From positions 1 through 60,562 of the forward strand of contig CALLQH010000188.1 of assembly GCA_938014945.1 (NCBI GenBank): a DNA stretch of 60,562 bases, read 5' to 3'. Origin of the DNA: an uncultured bacterium. GTDB lineage: Bacteria; Pseudomonadota; Alphaproteobacteria; SP197. Numbering within the stretch: position 1 is the first letter of the stretch; every line of letters starts with the position of its first letter. The notes under the pieces were generated by a model that saw nothing but the letters and a program-made list of their open reading frames with translations, did not search any database and was not told where the DNA came from. A program made the position numbers and the translations under genes. Of this stretch, positions 20,183-32,201 are shown piece by piece.

Positions 20183-21301
20183 ATGAAGCTGGCTATCGAA
20201 CGTGCCGTCCTGCTGCGGGCTCTGGCCCATGTGCAGAGTGTCGTCGAACGGCGCAACACGATCCCGATCCTGTCCAACGTCCGGCTCGAGGCCAAGGACG
20301 ACGGGCTGCGCCTGACCGCGACCGACATGGACCTGGAAGTGGTCGAGGCGGTGCCGGCCAACCTGCAGGTCGCCGGCGCCACCACCGCGCCCGCCCATGT
20401 CCTCTACGACATCTGCCGCAAGCTGCCCGACGGTTCGGAGGTCCAGCTCGACGCCACGGGCGATGCCGGGCGCCTGTCGATCTCCTGCGGGCGCATCCAG
20501 TTCCGCCTGCCCTGCCTGCCGCCGGAAGACTTTCCCGTCATGTCGGGGGGCGATTTCACCCATCACTTCGCGCTGCCGGCCTCGGAACTGCGCCGCCTGA
20601 TCGACAAGACGCGTTTTGCCATCTCCACCGAGGAGACGCGCTACTACCTCAACGGCATCTACCTGCACGGCGCCACCGGCGAGAACGGCCCGGTGCTGCG
20701 CGCCGTGGCGACCGACGGCCACCGCCTGGCGCGCATCGATTCGGAGATGCCCGAGGGCGCCGAGGGCATGCCCGGCGTCATCGTGCCGCGCAAGGCGATT
20801 GCCGAGCTGCGCAAGCTGGTCGACGAGATCGACGGCGCGGTCAGCATCGACCTGTCGGACACCAAGATCCATTTCGCCTTCGATACGGCGGTGCTCACCT
20901 CCAAGCTGATCGACGGCACCTTCCCCGATTACGAGCGGGTCATCCCGGCGGCCAACGACAAGGTGCTGGAGATGGACGCGGCGAGTTTCGTGCAGGCGGT
21001 CGACCGCATGGCGGCGATCTCCACCGACAAGTCGCGCTCGATCAAGCTGGCCCTGGAAAAGGACCGCATGCAGCTTTCGGCCAACAGCCCCGACAGCGCC
21101 TCGGGCGAGGAAGAGCTGCCGGTCGATTACGACGGCCCGGCCATCGAGATCGGCTTCAACTCCCGCTATGTGCTGGAGATGGCCGGCAACTTCGAGGGCG
21201 AGCGTATGCGCTTCACCATGGCCGACGCCGTTTCGCCGACCATCGTCAACGACACCAGCGACGACCGCACGCTCTACGTCCTCATGCCGATGCGGGTCTG
21301 A
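20183..21301 (+). CDS. dnaN: DNA polymerase III beta sliding clamp
   Basis: 372 aa, with MKLAIERAVLLRAL..V.SVVERRNTIPILSN, ATDGHRLA and LIDGTFPDYERVIP. Confidence 0.97.
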   Translation: MKLAIERAVLLRALAHVQSVVERRNTIPILSNVRLEAKDDGLRLTATDMDLEVVEAVPANLQVAGATTAPAHVLYDICRKLPDGSEVQLDATGDAGRLSISCGRIQFRLPCLPPEDFPVMSGGDFTHHFALPASELRRLIDKTRFAISTEETRYYLNGIYLHGATGENGPVLRAVATDGHRLARIDSEMPEGAEGMPGVIVPRKAIAELRKLVDEIDGAVSIDLSDTKIHFAFDTAVLTSKLIDGTFPDYERVIPAANDKVLEMDAASFVQAVDRMAAISTDKSRSIKLALEKDRMQLSANSPDSASGEEELPVDYDGPAIEIGFNSRYVLEMAGNFEGERMRFTMADAVSPTIVNDTSDDRTLYVLMPMRV

Positions 21302-21309
21302 CCGGCGGC

Positions 21310-24923
<3,614 letters not shown>

Positions 24924-24971
24924 GGCCCCGGCCGCAGATCGCCGCGGCCCTGTCCCCGCCACCAGAGCACC

Positions 24972-26999
24972 ATGGCCCAACGCCCGACCACGAAGAAGAC
25001 CGGCAAGAAGCCGGCAACGCGCAGCCGTGCCCCGGCCAAACCCGCCGCGGCCAGGAAGGCAGGCGGCAAACAGGGACCGTCCGGGCGGCCGCGGCGCCGC
25101 GGCTTCTGGCGCACGGCGCTGCGCTGGGCCGCGGTCAGCTTCATCTGGGGTTCGCTGGCGCTGGCCGGTCTCATCGGCTGGTATGTCCTGGACCTGCCCG
25201 ATCCCGACATGCTGGCCGGCGACCGCAAGGGCTCGGTCACGGTGCTTGCCGCCGATGGTTCGGTGCTGGCGACCTATGGCGAGCTGCACGGCACGCCGCT
25301 GCACTACGAGGACCTGCCCCCCGCCCTGATCCAGGCGGTGCTGGCGACCGAGGACCGCCGTTTCTTCAGCCATCCCGGCGTCGACCTGCGCGGCATCGCG
25401 CGTGCGGCCTGGGCCAACCTGCGCGCCGGCGGTGTCGTGGAGGGCGGCAGCACGATCACCCAGCAGCTCGCCAAGAACCTGTTCCTCACGCCCGAACGCT
25501 CCTTCAAGCGCAAGATCCAGGAGGCCCTGCTTGCCCTCTGGCTGGAGCGGCGCTTCACCAAGCAGGAGCTGCTGGCGATCTACTTCAACCGGGTCTATCT
25601 GGGTTCGGGCACCTATGGCGCCGATGCCGCCGCGCGGCGCTACTTCGGCAAGCCGGTGGGCGAACTCAATCTCGCCGAATGCGCCATGATCGCGGGCCTG
25701 CTGAAGGCGCCCTCGCGCTTCAATCCGGCGTCCGATGCCGCGGCCGCCCGGGCGCGCACCGCCGAGGTCATCGACAACATGGTCGAGGCGGGCTTCATCG
25801 ATGCCAGCGCGGCCGAGGGCGCCAAGCTCGCGCCGCTCGATCTCGTCGGCCCGCGTCTGGCCGGCGGCTCGGCGCGTTACGCGGCCGACTGGGTGGTCAG
25901 CCGCGCCTCCGACTACATCGGCACCGTCGCGGGTGACATCGTCATCACCACGACCATCGATTCGACCATGGAGCGCGCGGCGGGCGATGTGCTGTCCTCG
26001 GCCCTGGCGGGCGAGGGGGCCGAGCGCAACGCCCACCAGGGCGCGCTGGTCGCCATGGCGCCCGACGGTGCGGTGCTCGCCATGGTCGGCGGTGCCGACT
26101 ACAGCACCAGCCAGTTCAACCGCGCCGTCCAGGCCCAGCGCCAGCCCGGTTCGGCCTTCAAGCTGTTCGTCTATCTGGCCGCGCTGGAATCGGGCATGCG
26201 TCCCGACGATGTGGTGATCGACCAGCCGGTGACCATCCAGGGCTGGAGTCCCGGTAATTTCAACGGTGAGTACCAGGGCGCGGTCACCCTGCGCCAGGCG
26301 CTGGCCGACTCGATCAACACCGTTGCTGCCGACACCGCCTGGCGCGTCGGCATCAAGAATGTCGTCGGCGTCGCCCATCGCCTGGGTATCACGGCCGAAC
26401 TGCCGTCGCTGCCCAGCCTGGCGCTGGGCGCGACGGAGGTGAATCCGCTCGAACTGACCGCCGCCTACGCCGCGCTCGCCAACCAGGGCAACATCGCCTG
26501 GCCCTATGTCATCACCCGCATCGCCACGCGCGACGGCCAGGTCCTCTACCAGCGCCCGGAGATGCCCCAGCAGCGCGTGCTCGACCCCGCGGTCGTCGCC
26601 GCCATGGTCGACATGCTGCAGGCCAACATCCAGTTCGGCACCGGCCATGCCGCGGCCATCGACCGGCCGGCGGCGGGCAAGACGGGCACCAGCCAGGATT
26701 TCCGCGACGCGTGGTTCGTCGGCTTCACCCGCAACATCGTGACCGGTGTCTGGGTGGGCAACGACGACAACAGCCCGATGAACCGCGTCACCGGCGGCGG
26801 CCTGCCGGCGCACATCTGGTCGGCCTTCATGGTCCGGGCAGAGGCCGGACGGCCGGCAATGGCGCTGATCGACGCAACGCCCCCGGCGGTCGAGACACAG
26901 ACCGGCGACGGCGGCTTCGATTCGCTGCTCGACACCCTGTTCGGCGAGCTCGCGGGCGGTGAGGCGACCCCGCCCGACGACCGCGGGCGTGATCGCTGA
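24972..26999 (+). CDS. Bifunctional class A penicillin-binding protein (GT51 transglycosylase + transpeptidase)
   Basis: There is a basic cytoplasmic tail and a TM segment. GT51 motifs are ATEDRRFFSHPGVD, GGSTITQQLAKN and RKIQEA. The transpeptidase motifs are SAFK and KTGTS. Confidence 0.9.
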   Translation: MAQRPTTKKTGKKPATRSRAPAKPAAARKAGGKQGPSGRPRRRGFWRTALRWAAVSFIWGSLALAGLIGWYVLDLPDPDMLAGDRKGSVTVLAADGSVLATYGELHGTPLHYEDLPPALIQAVLATEDRRFFSHPGVDLRGIARAAWANLRAGGVVEGGSTITQQLAKNLFLTPERSFKRKIQEALLALWLERRFTKQELLAIYFNRVYLGSGTYGADAAARRYFGKPVGELNLAECAMIAGLLKAPSRFNPASDAAAARARTAEVIDNMVEAGFIDASAAEGAKLAPLDLVGPRLAGGSARYAADWVVSRASDYIGTVAGDIVITTTIDSTMERAAGDVLSSALAGEGAERNAHQGALVAMAPDGAVLAMVGGADYSTSQFNRAVQAQRQPGSAFKLFVYLAALESGMRPDDVVIDQPVTIQGWSPGNFNGEYQGAVTLRQALADSINTVAADTAWRVGIKNVVGVAHRLGITAELPSLPSLALGATEVNPLELTAAYAALANQGNIAWPYVITRIATRDGQVLYQRPEMPQQRVLDPAVVAAMVDMLQANIQFGTGHAAAIDRPAAGKTGTSQDFRDAWFVGFTRNIVTGVWVGNDDNSPMNRVTGGGLPAHIWSAFMVRAEAGRPAMALIDATPPAVETQTGDGGFDSLLDTLFGELAGGEATPPDDRGRDR

Positions 27000-27199
27000 C
27001 ACCATCCGTGGGGAACGGGTGGAACTTTCCGGCGGGCCGCGGGGTTTGTCTCATGCAGTCCAAGCCGGAATCGTGACCATCCCGGCATGGCAGTTGCGGG
27101 GGGCAGCGCGATGCCGGATAAATCCAAAGATCGCGCCGCTCCGGCGCCGACAATTATTGCGAGCAGAGACGCCTTGACTAACCTCCTACGGTATCCCCG

Positions 27200-27838
27200 A
27201 TGCAACGCATCCTGATCGCCGACGATCACGGCCTGTACCGTGAGGGTCTGGCGACCCTCATCCGCGACAGCGTCGATGTCGAGGAGGTGCTGGAGGCCGC
27301 CAGCCTGCAGTCGGCGCTGGAGGCCCTGGGCGACGCCACGATCGGCTGCCTGCTCATCGATCTCGACATGCCGGGCATGGACGGCGTCACCTCGCTGCTG
27401 ACCATCCGCCAGCAGCGCGCCGACCTGCGCATCGTCGTCGTGTCGGGCTCCGACCAGCGCGAGGATGTGCTTGGGGCGCTGGCCAACGGCGCCCACGGCT
27501 ATGTCTGGAAGGGTTCGGACAATGAGGAGATCGCCCGCGCCCTTGCCGCGGTGATGCAGGGCACGATCTATGTGCCCTCGTTCCTGGCCGGCGCCGGCGA
27601 GCGCGAGAGCCGGGAGGAGGACGAAGGCCCCAGCATCGACCTCAGCCGCTTCACGCCGCGTCAGGCCGATGTCCTGACCCTGCTTGCCAAGGGCATGTCG
27701 AACAAGGAAATCGCCCGCGAACTCGATCTGGCCGAAAGCACGGTGAAGATCCATGTCGCCGCGATCTTTCGCGAACTGGGCGCACGCAACCGCACCCAGG
27801 CCGTGGTCCTGGCCCAGAAACTCGCCATCGAGTCCTGA
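27200..27838 (+). CDS. NarL/FixJ-family response regulator (REC + LuxR-type HTH)
   Basis: The receiver reads RILIADDH...LLIDLDMPGMDG. The C-terminal HTH reads LTPRQADVLTLLAKGMSNKEIARELDLAESTVKIHV. Confidence 0.9.
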   Translation: MQRILIADDHGLYREGLATLIRDSVDVEEVLEAASLQSALEALGDATIGCLLIDLDMPGMDGVTSLLTIRQQRADLRIVVVSGSDQREDVLGALANGAHGYVWKGSDNEEIARALAAVMQGTIYVPSFLAGAGERESREEDEGPSIDLSRFTPRQADVLTLLAKGMSNKEIARELDLAESTVKIHVAAIFRELGARNRTQAVVLAQKLAIES

Positions 27839-27845
27839 GCCGGGG

Positions 27846-29396
27846 TCAGCCGCGCGGCAGCATCCCGGCGATCAGCGCCAGCAAGACATCCGGGTCGACC
27901 GGTTTGGTGACCCAGGGATGGCCCGACTTCTGAAGCCGCTTGAGCACCTCCGGCTCGGTCGAACCGGTCACGATCAGGATCGGGAAGGCGCTGTCGGTCT
28001 CCTCGCAGAAGGCACGGATCACATCGGGCCCCCGTTCGTCGCCCAGGTCGTAGTCGACGATGGCGGCATCGATCGGCACGCCGGCCGCAAGGCTGCGCAG
28101 GGCAGTGCTGCTGCCTGCGCCGACGGTGGCAATGCCGTGGTCGCGCAGTTCGCGCGTCAGGCTTTCCACGACCATGGGTTCGTCATCCAGCACGATCATC
28201 GTGCGGCCCCTGAGATCGGGTTTGGCGAAGGCCTGTGTGTCGCGGGCGCTCTGGCGCATCTGCGCGCCGCTGCGCTTGCCCGGCGGCAGCAGCAGGCGGA
28301 AGCGGGTGCCGCGCCCGGGCCGTGAATCCACCGACAGCTCGATGTCCAGCAGCTCGGTGAGACGGCGCACGATCGAAAGGCCCAGGCCCAGGCCGTCGTT
28401 CTGGCCGCGCGCGGCCACGCGGCCACGCTCGAACTCGTTGAAGACCTCGCTGAGCTGGCGTGCGTCCATGCCGATGCCGGTGTCGAAAATCTCGATGGCG
28501 ATCCGGTCGCCGCGGCGGCGCGCGGCCAGCATGATGCCGCCGCGCGCGGTGAACTTCAGGGCGTTGTTGATCAGGTTGCGCACGATGCGCTCGAGCAGGG
28601 CGCGGTCGGTATGCACCGTGCCGTCCAGGGGATAGAGACGGCCCGACAGGCCCAGGGAGGCCGCCCGCGCCTCCAGTTCCGCGCCCAGCGGCTCGAAGAA
28701 TTCCACCAGATCGACATCGCTCCACTGCGGCTTGACCAGGCCGCCGTCGAGCTTCGAGACATCCAGCAGCGAATCGAACATGCGTTGGAGCGAACCCAGC
28801 GCGATGCCGAGCTGGTTGACCAGCTCCACGGCCTCTTCGCCCTCGACGCGGCGCGACAGGGCGCGGGTGAACAGGGTCATGGCGTGCAGGGGCTGGCGCA
28901 GGTCGTGGCTGGCGGCGGCCAGGAAACGCGACTTGGCCTCCGAATCGAAACGCGCCTTGGCCTCGATCCGCGTGCGTTCCTCGACCTCGGCGTTCAGCGC
29001 CATCAGCTTGGCCTGGATGCGCTCGCCGATGCCCTCCGGCCGGTCCAGGGGCCGGCAGATGATCAGAACCTCGCGGCCGGCGAGAGGCGAGCCCATGCAT
29101 GCCCGCGGTTCGATGCGCCCGTCGGGGCCGTGGAATTGCAGGACACGTCGCACCGGCTGACGCGCGTTCCAGCACTGCTCCAGAAAGGCGCGGACTTCGG
29201 CTTCGGGTTCCTTGGTAAGCGTCCAGACCGGCACGCGCCCTTTCTGCTTGAGGGCTTGGCCCATCAAGGCGTTTGCGGCAACGCTTGCATCCGTGACGTA
29301 GCCGTCTTCATCGACCAGCAGGGCGAATTCGGCGTTGGCGGCCAGATCGGCGATCTGCCCGGCGGGGTCCCCGGACCTCCACGAAAAAACGCTCAT
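27846..29396 (-). CDS. Cytoplasmic PAS-like hybrid sensor histidine kinase (HisKA-HATPase-REC)
   Basis: ATG 29396 overlaps the stop of the upstream receiver gene (ATGA). No TM segment is visible. The H-box is FLAAASHDLRQPLHAM, the ATPase boxes are NLINNALKFT and DTGIGM..GLGLGLSIV, and the C-terminal receiver reads MIVLDDE..IVDYDLGD..TKP. Confidence 0.9.
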   Translation of the reverse strand: MSVFSWRSGDPAGQIADLAANAEFALLVDEDGYVTDASVAANALMGQALKQKGRVPVWTLTKEPEAEVRAFLEQCWNARQPVRRVLQFHGPDGRIEPRACMGSPLAGREVLIICRPLDRPEGIGERIQAKLMALNAEVEERTRIEAKARFDSEAKSRFLAAASHDLRQPLHAMTLFTRALSRRVEGEEAVELVNQLGIALGSLQRMFDSLLDVSKLDGGLVKPQWSDVDLVEFFEPLGAELEARAASLGLSGRLYPLDGTVHTDRALLERIVRNLINNALKFTARGGIMLAARRRGDRIAIEIFDTGIGMDARQLSEVFNEFERGRVAARGQNDGLGLGLSIVRRLTELLDIELSVDSRPGRGTRFRLLLPPGKRSGAQMRQSARDTQAFAKPDLRGRTMIVLDDEPMVVESLTRELRDHGIATVGAGSSTALRSLAAGVPIDAAIVDYDLGDERGPDVIRAFCEETDSAFPILIVTGSTEPEVLKRLQKSGHPWVTKPVDPDVLLALIAGMLPRG

Positions 29397-29758
29397 GAAG
29401 TCGGCAGATAGGCCAGCAGCATGTCGGGATCGACCGGCTTGCTGAGCACGGGAAAGCTGAAGCGCCGGGCCTGGTGGCGCGCCGTCGAACCGCCCGATCC
29501 GGTCATGATGACGACCGAGACCTCCTCGCCGAAACGCTCCTGCAGCTTTGCCGCGGCGGCGACGCCGTTTTCGCCGTCGGCCAGATGAAAGTCGCAAACC
29601 GCGGCCTGCGGCGTCATGCCCTCGCCCTCCAGCTTCTCGAACACCGGCTTCACCGAATCTCCGATCACGGTGCGATAACCCCAGTCCTGAAGCACCAGCG
29701 AGAGCCCCCAGGCATTTACGAAATCGTCTTCCAGAACGACGACCAGAGGACGGTCCAT
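29393..29758 (-). CDS. Single-domain (CheY-like) response regulator receiver
   Basis: I chose ATG 29758 because GAGGAG lies 6 nt upstream and the codons further upstream have poor GC3. Receiver motifs are VVVLEDD, CDFHLADG, MTGSGG and SKP. The longer ORF reaches 29875. Confidence 0.8.
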   Translation of the reverse strand: MDRPLVVVLEDDFVNAWGLSLVLQDWGYRTVIGDSVKPVFEKLEGEGMTPQAAVCDFHLADGENGVAAAAKLQERFGEEVSVVIMTGSGGSTARHQARRFSFPVLSKPVDPDMLLAYLPTS

Positions 29759-29885
29759 GGCTCGCTCCTCGGATAACATGCTGCCAGCCTGGGCCTGGGC
29801 CTTGCCGGGCTTTTCAAGAGATAGGGACATGGTCTCATAACTGTCGGAAACCATGAACGTTTCGTGCTTCGGCATTGAGTCCTAT

Positions 29886-29927
29886 GCGGCCTCGTCCATG
29901 CGCACTAGTACCGATGGACGAGGCCGC
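29886..29927. repeat. Perfect 14-bp inverted repeat (hairpin) in the receiver/ECF-sigma divergent spacer
   Basis: GCGGCCTCGTCCAT (29886-29899) and ATGGACGAGGCCGC (29914-29927) are separated by a 14-nt loop. Confidence 0.85.
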
Positions 29928-29951
29928 GGCGCATCCCCCGAAGGTACTAGT
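29904..29951. repeat. 9-bp inverted repeat ACTAGTACC / GGTACTAGT interleaved with the 14-bp hairpin
   Basis: ACTAGTACC lies at 29904-29912 and GGTACTAGT at 29943-29951. ATGCGC (29898-29903) and GCGCAT (29929-29934) are also complementary. The arm order is a-b-a'-b'. Confidence 0.8.
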
Positions 29952-30093
29952 CCCGCGGCGGTCGGGCCATCGGCAGAACGACCCATACGAACGGATGAAG
30001 CTGCCTCCACCGGCGTGCATAGAGCCTCTCTCCGAATGTTAAAACGCTACGACAAGGGCCACTTTCGACTCATCCAAACACGGGGAGTTCGAA

Positions 30094-30618
30094 ATGAACA
30101 CCGCAGCCAGCGCCTCCACCTTCGCCGACGATCTCAATGCCCACCGTCCCGCTCTCGAGCGTTTCGCCTGGCGCCGCGCCGGCCGTGGCGATCTGGTCGA
30201 TGACCTCGTCCAGGAGACCATGCTGCGGGCCTGGACCCACCAGGACAAGTTCCAGGAGGGCACGAACCTCAGCGCCTGGCTCTATACGATCCTGCGCAAC
30301 ACCCACATCAGCTACATCCGCAAGGCCCAGCGCGAGCAGGTCGGCCTGGACGAGGGCTGGGAGCAGTCGATGGCTACCCCTGCCTCGCAGGAACATCACC
30401 TGGCGCTGGTCGATCTCTCCAACGCCATGGACACGATGCCCCAGGATCAGCGCGAGGTGCTGATGTCGGCGGGTGTCGAAGGCCGCCCCCATGAGGACAT
30501 CGCCCGCGAAAGCGGCTGTGCCCTGGGCACCGTGCGCAGCCGTCTCTCCCGTGCCCGCTCGCGCCTGCACGAGATTCTCGACGGCGACGACGACGACACC
30601 ATCCAGATCGCGGCCTGA
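30094..30618 (+). CDS. ECF-type RNA polymerase sigma factor (sigma-70 family, regions 2 and 4)
   Basis: Region 2 reads DLVQETMLRAWTHQDKFQEGTNLSAWLYTILRNTHISYIRK. Region 4 reads MPQDQREVLMSAGVEGRPHEDIARESGCALGTVRSRLSRARSRL. GGGGAG lies upstream of the ATG. Confidence 0.9.
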   Translation: MNTAASASTFADDLNAHRPALERFAWRRAGRGDLVDDLVQETMLRAWTHQDKFQEGTNLSAWLYTILRNTHISYIRKAQREQVGLDEGWEQSMATPASQEHHLALVDLSNAMDTMPQDQREVLMSAGVEGRPHEDIARESGCALGTVRSRLSRARSRLHEILDGDDDDTIQIAA

Positions 30619-30642
30619 CCGCAGGCCAGGGGGACGACGACA

Positions 30643-30846
30643 ATGCAACGGCTTCTCGCGCAGACGCGGCATTCTCCCCGCCGCAACATCATCCTTCTGG
30701 CACTGGGCACGGTGGCGATCCTGCATGTGGCAGCCGCCGGCATCGACATCGCCCAGTTCGCGGCGGGAGGCCGGGACCTGACCGGATTCATCCAGCTCGC
30801 CGAGGTGTTCGCCGGCTTTGGCCTGGGGCTGCTCGCCCGCAACTGA
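30643..30846 (+). CDS. Hypothetical small membrane protein (two predicted TM helices) downstream of the ECF sigma gene
   Basis: 67-aa ORF 24 nt after the sigma stop, with GGGGGA upstream and high GC3. It has two hydrophobic stretches (IILLALGTVAILHVAAAGI and FIQLAEVFAGFGLGLLA) and no recognisable anti-sigma domain. Confidence 0.45.
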   Translation: MQRLLAQTRHSPRRNIILLALGTVAILHVAAAGIDIAQFAAGGRDLTGFIQLAEVFAGFGLGLLARN

Positions 30847-30891
30847 TTGCCAAGTTTTAATGCCGGTCACGGCGACCGCGGGAGGGCTTCC

Positions 30892-32199
30892 TCAGGCCGT
30901 CTCGCGGTCGATGACGTGCAGGAACGAGCCGCAGACGCGCCCGACCACGGCGCCGAAGGGGCCGAAATAACGCCCCGCCGCGTCGCTGGCGTGGAACAGC
31001 GGCGTGCCCCGCTGGCGCACCAGCCGGGCATAGTGGAACTCATGGCCGCGGAAGACATCGCCGCTGCGCCCCAGGGGCCCGTCGTGGGCCAGGGTGAAGC
31101 GCCGGTAGCCCAGATGCAGGCGCGGCGATCCGATGGAGGTCGCCACCGGCAGCAGCCCCGCCATGCGGTGATGCTCGCCCTCGGTGTCGATCAGCTCCTC
31201 CCCCAGCACCATGAACCCCCCGCATTCGCCGAAGATCGCGGCATCGCGCGCCGCCGCGGCGCGCAGGCCGCTCATGAAACGGTCGGAAGCCTCCAGCTGC
31301 GCGGCATGAAGCTCGGGATAGCCGCCGGGCAGATAGACCGCATCGGCCGTTGTATCCGGCCCTTCGTCGGCGAGCGGCGAGAACGGCAAAATCTCGGCTC
31401 CGGCGCGGCGCCAGGCATCAAGCACGGCGGGATAGACGAAGGCAAAGGCGGCATCGCTCGCCACCGCGATGCGCTGGCCCAGGGGCTTGAGCGGCGCGGC
31501 GGCGGGCAGCGGCGCACCCAGATGGGGCAGGCGTGCAATGCCGGCAAGCTTCTCCAGATCGACATGGCGGGCGACCAGATCGGCCGCGGCGTCGAGAAAG
31601 GCGTCGAGCCTGGGCCGTTCCATCGCCTGCACCAGGCCCAGATGACGTTCGGGCAGGGCCAGGCGCTCGTCGCGCGGCACCATGCCCACCACCGGCACCA
31701 GATCCTCGCAGGCCTGGCGCAGGATGCTGCGGTGGGTCTCGCTGCCCACCCGGTTGAGGATCACGCCGCCGATCGTGATGTCGCTGCGATGGTCGCGGAA
31801 GCCACGCACCAGCGCGCCCACGGAGGCCCCCTGTCCCTTGACGTCGATCACTAGGATCACCGGCAAGCCGAGCAGGGCGGCGACATCGGCGGTCGCGCCG
31901 GAGCCGTCCAGCGCGCCATCGAAGAGGCCCATCACACCCTCGCCGATCATCAGCTCGGCATCGGCCGCGGCATCGCGCGCGACTGCCGCGAAGGTGTCGG
32001 GCCGCATGGCCCAGAGATCGAGATTGCGGCAGACCCGGCCGCTGGCGGCGGTGTGATAGGCCGGATCGATGTAGTCCGGCCCGACCTTGAAGGAGGCGAC
32101 CCGCTTTCCCGCCCGCGCCAGGGCGCGCAGCAGGGCGAGCGTCAGAACGGTCTTGCCGCTGCCGCTGGAAGGTGCCGCGACGATGAGGCCGGCGGCCAC
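30892..32199 (-). CDS. cobB: Hydrogenobyrinate/cobyrinate a,c-diamide synthase
   Basis: GTG 32199 lies 2 nt after the cobA stop. Motifs are GLIVAAPSSGSGKTVLTLALLRAL, VGPDYIDP and the glutaminase part ECGGFMVLG...GHEFHY. Confidence 0.9.
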   Translation of the reverse strand: MAAGLIVAAPSSGSGKTVLTLALLRALARAGKRVASFKVGPDYIDPAYHTAASGRVCRNLDLWAMRPDTFAAVARDAAADAELMIGEGVMGLFDGALDGSGATADVAALLGLPVILVIDVKGQGASVGALVRGFRDHRSDITIGGVILNRVGSETHRSILRQACEDLVPVVGMVPRDERLALPERHLGLVQAMERPRLDAFLDAAADLVARHVDLEKLAGIARLPHLGAPLPAAAPLKPLGQRIAVASDAAFAFVYPAVLDAWRRAGAEILPFSPLADEGPDTTADAVYLPGGYPELHAAQLEASDRFMSGLRAAAARDAAIFGECGGFMVLGEELIDTEGEHHRMAGLLPVATSIGSPRLHLGYRRFTLAHDGPLGRSGDVFRGHEFHYARLVRQRGTPLFHASDAAGRYFGPFGAVVGRVCGSFLHVIDRETA

Positions 32200-32201
32200 C
32201 C

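Noticed and set aside
27015-27060. Two GGAAC motifs (GGGGAACGGGTGGAACTTTCC) upstream of the NarL-type regulator, considered as an ECF (sigma-E-type) -35 element.
   Set aside because: No acceptable -10 (TCTNA or CGTT) lies at a 16-17 nt spacing. The nearest TCTCA is about 21 nt away. This is not enough to call a promoter.
29853-30203. 116-aa ORF spanning the receiver/sigma spacer and running into the sigma gene.
   Set aside because: It is Arg/Ser/Pro-rich with poor codon bias, overlaps the sigma gene out of frame, and covers the inverted-repeat element. It is more plausibly non-coding.
29393-30846. PhyR-NepR-EcfG general stress response locus.
   Set aside because: The response regulator is receiver-only (121 aa) and lacks the sigma-like N-terminal domain of PhyR. 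No NepR-like small ORF precedes the sigma gene. I found no GGAAC-N16/17-CGTT EcfG-type promoter in the spacer.
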